DNA of 64,000 nt from assembly GCA_963666985.2 (NCBI GenBank), contig CAXXIA010000001.1, forward strand, positions 1,472,048-1,536,047. Direction: 5' to 3'. The DNA comes from Spirochaetia bacterium. GTDB taxonomy: Bacteria; Spirochaetota; Spirochaetia; DSM-2461. The notes beneath the pieces were generated by a model. The model ran no database searches, was not told the DNA's origin, and worked only from the letters and a program-made list of their open reading frames with translations. Position numbers and translations under genes: made by a program. Below are positions 1 through 9,510 of the stretch, piece by piece; position 1 is the stretch's first letter; every line of letters starts with the position of its first letter.

Positions 1-19
1 ACGATAATGCTCCGGAATA

Positions 20-1954
20 TTACGATTTTGTCGGAGAGAGAGTCTTATCACGCCGAAATTCCTTCGCGGAAACGCCGCTGACCTTTTTGAAGGTACTGCT
101 GAAGTAATTCGGATTGCCGAATCCAACCTCATAGGAAATTTCAGTGATATTTTTATTCGTGTTCTGAAGCAGTTCCTTGGATCGTTCAATCCGAATCCTT
201 GTGAGATATTCTACGAACGTGGAATTCGTTTCCTGCTTAAAGAGTGAAAGAAAATACGAGGAACTGATAAACAGTTCCTTAGCCACATCTTTATAACCGA
301 TTTGCGAGGCATATCGGCTGTTGATAATGTCCTTGGCCTTTTCGACAATCATACTCGAACGGGTTTTTCGTATTTTCGAAATAAATTGTACGACATTTTG
401 CACGATCTCAGTCAGCCACCGGGAAGCCGTTTCATATGAGCTGATACGGTCGACATCGGAAAGCCATTCCTTCACGATGGAATTCAGCTTTTCCTCATCC
501 CCTCCGGCCGTAATGGCCGTATCAAGAAAAGCTCCGATCAATTCGTAGAGCCGGATTTTCAGCGACTCAGGATTACTCTCGATAAACGGCCCGAAAGCCT
601 TGAGGAACTCATGAAGGGCCGTAAGACTTTCCCCCTGATTCCCCAACTTTATCGACGAAAGAAGTCTCATCTTCTCGGTCGTCGGATACTTCGGTCCGGA
701 TTTCAGATTATCCCGGATATTATCGATATGAATAACGGAGCACTCGGGAAGATTCGCGGCATTTTCCAAAGCATGTTTCGCTTCCTGATATGACGTATGA
801 AGGTCCGCGATATCGATCCGGCTTCGTCCTATTCCTATCGCCGTTCGAAAGCCGGTCTCTCCATAAATAGTCCGCTGGAGATGCTCGAACAGCTCCATTT
901 CATTCATATCAATCAGCTTAAAAGAAGTCTTAAGGTTCAGAACAATACCGATCTTCCGATCATCCAATGGAATCGGCAGATAATTCTTGCTTCCGATTAA
1001 ATCGTCGAGAACTCTTCCGCAAATTTTCGTTACGGACTCAAGAGCTCCCAGTTCATAGCCTTCCTCGAACTCCGGATTTTTCATCATGATAATGGAAAAC
1101 GTGTCCGGCTTTTCAGATTTTCCCAGACAGACAAAAAGTTCGGTTAATTTCTTGCATGAATTTTTACTGAAGGCGACATTCTGAATAATGTCTTCCTTAA
1201 TAATGGGAACAAGCTTTTCATAGTTGTTGTAAAGCTCCCGAATGTCGCTGACGACACCGGCGCCGAAGAGCATCGCGCTGAATATGGACGTGAAATAATA
1301 CAGCCACCACTGTTTCGTAAAAGAACCGATGGTGAACATCAGCGCAAAAAGGAAAAAACCGCTGTTAAAAAGCATAACCTTGTCTCGAAGATAAACCTTC
1401 CAGGGTTTGCCTTTCTTGCCGGCAATCAAACGGTAAGAAGAATTGGCAACCAGCAGGAGACCGATAAGCACCTGAAGGGCGATGGTTACCTCTCTGCCGT
1501 AGAAAGGCGGAGTTTTTGTCGGCGTATAGCCGTCGTAAGCAATGGTATCGCCCAGTGAGAAAACCGGATAACTGCCCTTCGTTCCCAAAGTATTAAAAAC
1601 GATATAGACGATTGCGAAAAAAAATCCGATCAGGAAAATCCCGACTTTATAGTGAGAACCCTGCTGATCGCCGAAATAGGCCGAGGCGATGGTAATCGTT
1701 GTTATCGTGAAGGTACAGAAAATGAGCATTCGGATATTCACGATAATCATCGGAATCGGATATACCCCCAACAGAAGCTGAAGAGGCCGGCCGAAAAGAA
1801 AAAGACTGAACGATAAAAGGAATCCAACGAAATAAATAAAAGACGGCGCCTTTGAATGAAAGACCGTAACGAAATAGATGAAAAAAATGAAGAAAAAGAG
1901 GCCGGTAATCGCCGGTACGATGATATTGGACGCGATGAGAAAACCTTCGGACAT
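20..1954 (-). CDS. Membrane-anchored AraC-family transcriptional regulator
   Basis: N-terminal ~235 aa with ~7 hydrophobic segments; central 'TAIGIGRSRIDIADLHTSYQEAKHAL' (GGDEF-like/PucR-type); C-terminal AraC double HTH (SSSYFLSLFKQET...EISYEVGFGNPNYFSSTFKK). Confidence 0.85.
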   Translation of the reverse strand: MSEGFLIASNIIVPAITGLFFFIFFIYFVTVFHSKAPSFIYFVGFLLSFSLFLFGRPLQLLLGVYPIPMIIVNIRMLIFCTFTITTITIASAYFGDQQGSHYKVGIFLIGFFFAIVYIVFNTLGTKGSYPVFSLGDTIAYDGYTPTKTPPFYGREVTIALQVLIGLLLVANSSYRLIAGKKGKPWKVYLRDKVMLFNSGFFLFALMFTIGSFTKQWWLYYFTSIFSAMLFGAGVVSDIRELYNNYEKLVPIIKEDIIQNVAFSKNSCKKLTELFVCLGKSEKPDTFSIIMMKNPEFEEGYELGALESVTKICGRVLDDLIGSKNYLPIPLDDRKIGIVLNLKTSFKLIDMNEMELFEHLQRTIYGETGFRTAIGIGRSRIDIADLHTSYQEAKHALENAANLPECSVIHIDNIRDNLKSGPKYPTTEKMRLLSSIKLGNQGESLTALHEFLKAFGPFIESNPESLKIRLYELIGAFLDTAITAGGDEEKLNSIVKEWLSDVDRISSYETASRWLTEIVQNVVQFISKIRKTRSSMIVEKAKDIINSRYASQIGYKDVAKELFISSSYFLSLFKQETNSTFVEYLTRIRIERSKELLQNTNKNITEISYEVGFGNPNYFSSTFKKVSGVSAKEFRRDKTLSPTKS

Positions 1955-2049
1955 GGCTCATCGTATCATATCGAAATTGACAATGCCGATCAAAAGTTGA
2001 CTTTTAGAAACAAGAGTTATCAATATTTTTCGGAAATCGCAATGAACTC

Positions 2050-2099
2050 TTGACGCCTATAGGCTCTCGTGAGTATATTCCCGATAATACAATGTATTA
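2050..2099 (+). promoter_or_regulatory. Sigma70 promoter followed by 7-1-7 Fur/Zur-type operator
   Basis: TTGACG (2050-55)-18 nt-TATATT (2074-79); perfect inverted repeat TAATACA-a-TGTATTA (2085-2099) just before the AGGAG RBS of the metal ABC operon. Confidence 0.6.
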
Positions 2100-2114
2100 C
2101 CAGGAGTGTATTAT

Positions 2115-3008
2115 ATGAAAAAGACTCTTTTATCAGTCGTTCTGCTGTTATCGGCGGCAGCTATATTCGCCGGAGGTTCCGGAGAATCCGCAGCACCGGC
2201 TACGGAACCTGTCAAGGTTTTTGCCTCCATTCTTCCACAGCAGTATTTTCTTGAACGAATCGGCGGCGAGAGAATAGAAACAAGCATTATGGTACTTCCC
2301 GGGAAAAGCCCGGCGACCTATTCCCCTACGCCGCAACAGGTTACCGCGCTGGGAGAAGCGGATGTTTTTTTCACCATCGGTGTCCCCTTTGAGGAGGCCT
2401 TTATTCCCACAATAGAGAAAAGTCTTCCGAACTTGTTAATCGCCGATACCTCTCAAGGAATAGAAAAACGATCCCTCGGTGGTCATGATCATGATGATAA
2501 TGCTCCCGGTCACGGCGAAGGGATGCCGGATCCGCATATCTGGATGTCTCCTATTTTGGTAAAACACCAAGCCGAAATCATGGCAAAAACTCTTTCGGAA
2601 ATTGACCCTGAAGGTCGAGACTATTATGCGGAAAATCTTAAATCTTTCAGCAAGGATTTGGATGATTTGAACACATCTCTGGCCGAAAGCTTTGCTCCTT
2701 ACAAAGGGGAAACCTTCTTTGTTTATCATCCTGCTTTCGGATACTTGGCCGATTTGTATGATCTGACTCAGGAAGCCATCGAAACCGGAGGAAAAGAGCC
2801 GAAACCCGCTCAATTGGAACAAATCATCGAACACGCTCGGGAAGAAGGCGTTCATGTCATTTTCGTTCAGCCCGAATTTCCGGCCGACAGCGCTCAGGCC
2901 GTCGCCGACGCCATTGACGGCACGGTTGTTCCCGTTGCACCTTTGAATCCGGATTACATAAACAACTTGAAATCCATCGCCGAAGCGATCAAGACTGCAA
3001 TGGAATGA
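2115..3008 (+). CDS. znuA: Zn/Mn ABC transporter substrate-binding protein (ZnuA/TroA family)
   Basis: SPATYSPTP, His-rich loop GHDHDD, DPHIWMSP, YHPAFGY; ATG 2115 after AGGAG. Confidence 0.85.
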   Translation: MKKTLLSVVLLLSAAAIFAGGSGESAAPATEPVKVFASILPQQYFLERIGGERIETSIMVLPGKSPATYSPTPQQVTALGEADVFFTIGVPFEEAFIPTIEKSLPNLLIADTSQGIEKRSLGGHDHDDNAPGHGEGMPDPHIWMSPILVKHQAEIMAKTLSEIDPEGRDYYAENLKSFSKDLDDLNTSLAESFAPYKGETFFVYHPAFGYLADLYDLTQEAIETGGKEPKPAQLEQIIEHAREEGVHVIFVQPEFPADSAQAVADAIDGTVVPVAPLNPDYINNLKSIAEAIKTAME

Positions 3009-3766
3009 AGAAAACAATCGGTGACAGTGAAAACGGAATCATTTCGGCCCGGCATCTCTCATTCTCTTACGGGAAACACAGAATCTTTGATGATGTCGGA
3101 TTCACCATATACGAGAAGGATTATGTAACGATTCTCGGCCCGAACGGCGGAGGCAAATCAACCCTGGCGAAACTGATCGTCGGGCTCTTGGAACCGGAAT
3201 CCGGAACCATCCGGATTCGAGGAAATCTTCCGAGAAACGCGGGCCATCTTATCGGATATGTACCCCAGTATATAAACTTCGACGTGAATTTCCCCATCAC
3301 CGTCACCGATACCGTTCTCATGGGCTGTTTGAACAGATACCGCGGATTCTATACAAAAGAGCAGCGAAGCGATGCCGCGGCCGCTTTGGAATCCGTCGGC
3401 CTGGAAGACATGAGACATGCCGCCTTCTCCGAGATTTCAGGCGGACAGCGGCAGCGTGTTCTGATTGCCCGGGCCTTAGTGGCAAAACCGGATTTATTAA
3501 TACTTGATGAACCGACGGCGGGCATCGATGCCGCCGTGGAAAAAGACCTGAGCGGTCTTCTTTCGCGATTTCATGAAACCATGACCATTATCATGGTTAC
3601 CCACGATCTTGGGTTTGTTGAAAAATCGGTTTCCCGGGTTCTCTGCGTGAATAACGGAGTGGCCGAGCATCCGGTGGAAGACATCAACGAATCGCTGATT
3701 CTTTCCGCTTACGGCCATGACGTGAAATCGGTTCGCCACGACATACATATGGAAAAAAGAAAATGA
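3005..3766 (+). CDS. znuC: Metal ABC transporter ATPase
   Basis: Walker A GPNGGGKST, IGYVPQ, ISGGQRQR, LILDEPT. Confidence 0.85.
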   Translation: MKKTIGDSENGIISARHLSFSYGKHRIFDDVGFTIYEKDYVTILGPNGGGKSTLAKLIVGLLEPESGTIRIRGNLPRNAGHLIGYVPQYINFDVNFPITVTDTVLMGCLNRYRGFYTKEQRSDAAAALESVGLEDMRHAAFSEISGGQRQRVLIARALVAKPDLLILDEPTAGIDAAVEKDLSGLLSRFHETMTIIMVTHDLGFVEKSVSRVLCVNNGVAEHPVEDINESLILSAYGHDVKSVRHDIHMEKRK

Positions 3767-4593
3767 ACGAATTTATCCGGGCCATCGCCAATCCTGAGGT
3801 TCCCTTCATTCGATTCGCCCTGCTGGCCGGGATTCTTTCCAGTGCCGGATTCGGTATGGTCGGCTCTCTGGTGGTTGTAAAACGAATAACCTACATTGCC
3901 GGAGCCGTGAGCCACGCGACTCTCGCCGGACTGGGATTCGCCATTTATATGAATGAAGTTCATGGAACGAATTTCCGCCCGCTCATGGGCGCGGTCGCCG
4001 CGGCCTTGATATCGGCGCTCATCATTGCTCTTGTCTCCCGGCAAAAACGGGAACGGGAAGACACCATCATCGGCACCATCTGGGCGGTGGGAATGGCGTT
4101 AGGTCTCATTTTCATTTCCATTACACCCGGTTATGTCGATCCCATGAGCTATCTGTTCGGAAACATCCTTCTTTTAACCGAATCGGATATTATTCTCATC
4201 CTGATTCTCGATGTTCTCGTCGTTATCTCCATCCTTCTTTTTTACAATCAATTTCAAGCCGTCGCCTTTGATGAAGAATTCGCCCGTGCCCGCGGAATCA
4301 ATACAGGCTTTTTCGAAATTTATCTCATTCTCCTAACGGCCCTTACCGTCGTTCTGATGGTATCGACCGTCGGAATTGTAATGGTTATCGCTTTGTTAAC
4401 CATTCCGGCGGCGGTCGCGGACATGCTGACCCGGCGCCTTTGGAAAATGATGCTCCTGAGCATCCTATTCTGCATGATCTTCAATACGGCGGGACTGGCG
4501 GCAAGTTATTCTCTTGATCTCCCTACCGGGCCTACGACGATCATTCTGGCCGGAGCGGTGTACTTGATTTTAAAAATTACTTTAAAAAGGTGA
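3763..4593 (+). CDS. znuB: Metal ABC transporter permease (ABC-3 family)
   Basis: Hydrophobic; VSHATLAG, YLFGNIL, FDEEFARARG, LDLPTGPTTI motifs. Confidence 0.85.
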   Translation: MNEFIRAIANPEVPFIRFALLAGILSSAGFGMVGSLVVVKRITYIAGAVSHATLAGLGFAIYMNEVHGTNFRPLMGAVAAALISALIIALVSRQKREREDTIIGTIWAVGMALGLIFISITPGYVDPMSYLFGNILLLTESDIILILILDVLVVISILLFYNQFQAVAFDEEFARARGINTGFFEIYLILLTALTVVLMVSTVGIVMVIALLTIPAAVADMLTRRLWKMMLLSILFCMIFNTAGLAASYSLDLPTGPTTIILAGAVYLILKITLKR

Positions 4594-4694
4594 TCTCAAA
4601 AATTGGTTCTTTTTGAAACGAAACCCCTCTCAAGCGGTTTCTGAGGAGTTTCAACTCTCGGATTGAAGTAATTTCATGAATGATGAAATTGCCT
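4588..4694 (+). repeat. 107-bp dispersed MITE-like element, copy A
   Basis: Aligns without gaps to the reverse complement of 15851-15957 (about 81/107 identical, hand count); AGG...CCT ends; TAAAA on both flanks; internal IR AATTTCAT/ATGAAATT. Confidence 0.7.
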
Positions 4695-4786
4695 TAAAAG
4701 AGCAAACGTTCCTGATCGGCAAAGCCCGCGTTCAGCGGCCATGTTGACGCAGGCTTTGTTTCATCAAACTTTTTCTTCCTTCATCC

Positions 4787-5821
4787 TCACATCAAGGAGC
4801 GAAAGAACTCCATATCGGTGTCCATCACATGGTAGAAACTTCCGGAAATATTATGATCTTCTCCGGGATATTCGTAAAATCGATAGTCGGCCCCGACATA
4901 ATCCAGCCAATGAGTAAGAGATACGCTCCACTCAAAGGGGACCGATTCATCCGCGGTTCCGTGATGGATCAGTATCGGTACGTTAACGGAATCCATATAC
5001 GGACTAAGCGACAGACTTTCATACTGATCCGGAGTAAATTCCTTATCCAGACGACTTTGAAACAGCTCTCGGCTTTCAGGTCTGCGGCCGACGAAATACA
5101 TGATATTCTCCGGAAAATCCTCCGACATACCGGCCCACAAGGTCGCGGCCTTGATTCTCTGTTTTTGGTCGACCATCAGCATCCGCAGCGCCACTTCGCC
5201 TCCCATGGAATGACCGTAGAGAAAGACGTTTCCTGTATCGGCATCGGGGATTTCAGCAAGTCCGGCAAGAAGGTTGAGAGTATCGATCGTATAATCGAAA
5301 ATCCAGGATGCCGTCATTTCGCTCTGCCCTTCGGAACGGCCGTGCCCCCGATAATCGGGTTTGACGACAAGGAATCCTCCTTTCGCGTAATACCGACTGA
5401 CCAAGCGGTAGTTGTCCGCGGTGGAATAATATTCCGGCGGTATATGTCCGTGAGCCAGAAGAATCACCGGCCATCCGCCTTCGGGAGGCGAACCTTTGGG
5501 CCGTTCGATTAATCCGTAAACCTTGTATCCGTCGGAAACATAGGAAAACTCCCGAGCATACAGCCCCTCTTCCGCGGGGAGAACGTTCAGCAGAGTCAAA
5601 TCGACGGCCGAATAGTTCCTTTCCCTCATCCCCGGAACACTCAGCGGATGAGAAACCGGCGACGAATCGCGCGATTCCCCGGCGTCAGTTTCCGCCTCCG
5701 CTGAAAGAACGGATGATTCGGAAACGGATAGGGACTCGCCTTCCCTGCAGCCGGCGAAAAATATGCAGAAGGAAACCGCCGCTATAAAAATACGGAGTCT
5801 CCCGCTTTTGTGAATATTCAT
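4787..5821 (-). CDS. Alpha/beta-hydrolase (S9/peptidase-esterase-like) lipoprotein
   Basis: GHSMGG nucleophile elbow, PDYRGHG, HGTADESVP, GEDH; lipobox-like FAGC; start set at ATG 5821 after GGAG. Confidence 0.8.
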   Translation of the reverse strand: MNIHKSGRLRIFIAAVSFCIFFAGCREGESLSVSESSVLSAEAETDAGESRDSSPVSHPLSVPGMRERNYSAVDLTLLNVLPAEEGLYAREFSYVSDGYKVYGLIERPKGSPPEGGWPVILLAHGHIPPEYYSTADNYRLVSRYYAKGGFLVVKPDYRGHGRSEGQSEMTASWIFDYTIDTLNLLAGLAEIPDADTGNVFLYGHSMGGEVALRMLMVDQKQRIKAATLWAGMSEDFPENIMYFVGRRPESRELFQSRLDKEFTPDQYESLSLSPYMDSVNVPILIHHGTADESVPFEWSVSLTHWLDYVGADYRFYEYPGEDHNISGSFYHVMDTDMEFFRSLM

Positions 5822-5921
5822 AAAGCTCCATTCTCCAAGTTCGATAGGGAAGAGGCCTGCCTGTCTGCCGCAGCACTTCCGCCTTACGCAGTCCTTACAA
5901 ATCGGCATCGGAAATCTTCCC

Positions 5922-6896
<975 letters not shown>

Positions 6897-6997
6897 CTAA
6901 AATCTGATACAAGGATTCTTTATATCGGTCTTTCGTTTCTTCGCGGCATGATGTCTTTAGAAATCGTGACTTGAATGCTAATAAAATAAGGGCGAAA

Positions 6998-7047
6998 AAA
7001 AATGTCCATTCCGATTTATTAATTGCCTATTCGTCCAATTGATCTTG
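6998..7047. promoter_or_regulatory. Putative YqhC-like AraC operator, copy 1
   Basis: 49/50 nt identical to 14434-14483; lies upstream of the minus-strand AKR gene. Confidence 0.65.
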
Positions 7048-7115
7048 TGTTCCGGTCGGATATCCCCCCCATTTGTGCATAATCCGGGATTCGACGGCTT
7101 CGTCCGTGCCATAAA

Positions 7116-7742
7116 TCACCAAGACGCATATCCGATTTCCTTAAGCCACCGAACGATATCTTGTTCGGCATTCTTAACATTCCCTCCGCGAATCGCCAGT
7201 CCCTCCGCGATTGTCGCTTGAGGAACAAGACGGCGCAGATCGCGTACGCTCCTTCCCAACCCGCTTCCCTCGTGAGTGCAGAACGGTACTACGATTTTTC
7301 CGGAAAAATCATATTCTTCCAGGAACGTGAACACGGCCATGGGGAGCGTTCCCCACCAGTTTGGATATCCGATGAAAATGGTTTCGTATCGCTCCATGTC
7401 GGCCACGTGATTTGTGAGCCGCGGCCGTTCATTTCCGTTTTGTTCGATTCTCGCCAAGTTCGTTGTGTCTCCGTACCCGGCGGGATAAACCTTTTCGGTG
7501 AGGATCTGATGTAAGGTTCCCCCAACACGATCGTGTATCATCCTCGCGGCGAGAATCGTGTTTCCATCGGGAAGACTGGCCGACGACACGGCATCAACCC
7601 GATCGAAAGATTCGGAAATTCCTACTCGTGAAAAATACACAATCAAGATTTCGCCTGATCGGCTTCCGGAATCCTGTCCCCATAAATTCACTGAAGTCAG
7701 GAACACACCGATTACCGCGATTAAAAAAATGACTTTTTTCAT
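7116..7742 (-). CDS. Flavodoxin (Flavodoxin_4-like) with N-terminal signal peptide
   Basis: LIVYFSR, GNT, IFIGYPNWWGTLPMAV, PFCTHEGSG; MKKVIFLIAVIGVFLTSVNLWG leader. Confidence 0.85.
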   Translation of the reverse strand: MKKVIFLIAVIGVFLTSVNLWGQDSGSRSGEILIVYFSRVGISESFDRVDAVSSASLPDGNTILAARMIHDRVGGTLHQILTEKVYPAGYGDTTNLARIEQNGNERPRLTNHVADMERYETIFIGYPNWWGTLPMAVFTFLEEYDFSGKIVVPFCTHEGSGLGRSVRDLRRLVPQATIAEGLAIRGGNVKNAEQDIVRWLKEIGYASW

Positions 7743-7748
7743 TCTACT

Positions 7749-8435
7749 TTATCCTTTCAACTTTAATGGGATTGCACTCAAGACTCTCGAACAGCCGAAC
7801 CCGATAAAAATCCAGAATCCCATCATGGAGAGATATTCCGCAAGGAATAACGAAAAAGACCGTTCCGGATCGAAAAAAACGAACGTGTTCTTGAGAAACA
7901 TATACGAAATCACATTCGTCTTGATTATTGTGTAGAAGCCGTATGCAGCGATTGCGGCGGCCGGCAGCCGGACGGCAACAGACCGGATCGTTGACTTAGC
8001 CTTATGACTTCTTGTCGTTGAAAATACTCCCCTCACCATATTCCCGTGCATTCCCAAATGAATGTTCATGAATGCAAATCCCCAATAGGCGCAGAAAAGA
8101 TGCACGATTCTCGCGGCCGCCATTCCCTTCTCGAATCCGAGTCCCGCAAAGACATACTTCGACATAACGATTCCGCTGCCCAGAGAACCCATCATCAGAA
8201 TAAGGAGGAGTGCGTTGACCAGTGTCCGGCAGCATCTGAGCGGTGAATACCGTCCCCTGAAGAGATTCAGATACCATCGATAATTCAGGGCGTTATGGAC
8301 AAGGAAGAATATACCCATAAAAATCCCCAGGCACTCATGAACATTTTCTCCAATCAGCATGTACGCCATAAGCAATGGAAGCAGGATGATCATGAAGGAA
8401 TCAATCGTTATTTTTATGATCATTTTTGACTTCAT
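7749..8435 (-). CDS. DUF4405-like membrane protein (His-rich helices, cytochrome b-like)
   Basis: VHECLG...FLVHNALNYRWY and IVHLFCAYWGFAFMNIHLGMH pattern; several TM segments. Confidence 0.7.
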   Translation of the reverse strand: MKSKMIIKITIDSFMIILLPLLMAYMLIGENVHECLGIFMGIFFLVHNALNYRWYLNLFRGRYSPLRCCRTLVNALLLILMMGSLGSGIVMSKYVFAGLGFEKGMAAARIVHLFCAYWGFAFMNIHLGMHGNMVRGVFSTTRSHKAKSTIRSVAVRLPAAAIAAYGFYTIIKTNVISYMFLKNTFVFFDPERSFSLFLAEYLSMMGFWIFIGFGCSRVLSAIPLKLKG

Positions 8436-8588
8436 CGGCTTCGACGCTCCTTGAAAGAACGGAGGAATCGAAAACGGCTATGGAATCGGCATCCCGGCCG
8501 CCGACGGACGAGGGACCGGGCCGAGCGGCGGCCGTCGGCGGTGTATAAAAAGCGAATCATTTTTACGTTTTTCATTAACCATCCTTTT

Positions 8589-9510
8589 TCATGCGGCCCG
8601 ATAGAAAAAATTCACGATAAATCCGAGAACAACGGAAAACAGAAGAACGAATCCCGCGTAGGAAACGAAACGCCCGACTCCGAGAACCGATTTCATTGCG
8701 CTGAGATTGGTCAATTTCGTGGCCGGTCCCGACACCATGAAAGCCGCGGCGCTTCCATAACTCATTCCTCCGCGAAGCCATTCGGCCAAAAGCGGAATGG
8801 TGCCGCCGCCGCAGACGTACACCGGCACGCCGAGCGCAGCCGCCAGGAGAACGCCGAATCCCTTTCCCTTCTCGCCGAACAGACCGGACACCAGGCTCGG
8901 CGGAACATACCGCTGATACAACGCGGTCAGAATAATCCCCAGAGCGAAATACGGACCGGTCGCCTTAATATTCCTCCAGATGCTCCATAGAAACCTGCCG
9001 AAGACTCCCGGAACGACATCCCGACTCCCGCATTCCTCCGTTAAGGTAAACGAGAAAAAAATTTCCGTTCTTTGAGAAAAGCCGTACAAGCAGCCCGGCG
9101 AGCAGACCGCCGAGGAACGCCGCGGCGAAACGAAGAACGAACAGTGTTCTCCCGAGGACGGCGCTGTAGGCAAGCAGCTGCGGATTTAAGAGGATGGATG
9201 ACATCATGAACGCCGCCAGCCAATCGTCACGGACTCCCTTCTCCGAAAAGGATGCGGCCAGGGGTATGGTGCCGTACATGCACAGCGGAGAAGCGATGCC
9301 GATCAGGCTCGCCGGAATGATGCCGAGTATCCCCAGACGCAGATCTCGGAGTGATTCCAGCGATGCGGAAATCCGCCTTTTTCCGAAAACGGATACCGCC
9401 GATCCCGCTACCGTACCGATCGCCCAATACGGAGCGATCAGCCGGGTCTGAAGGCTCAGGTAGTACATGAGATAGACGGACTCGCGCCGGATAATCTCGA
9501 ACACCATCAT
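8589..9510 (-). pseudogene. DUF318/ArsP-like permease split by one extra base in a T7 run
   Basis: 5' part (SPLCMYGTIP, LNPQ) and 3' part (PVYVCGGGTIP, SGPATK) are in different frames; removing one A from A7 at 9055-9061 joins ...NGNFF to SFTLTEE... Confidence 0.75.
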
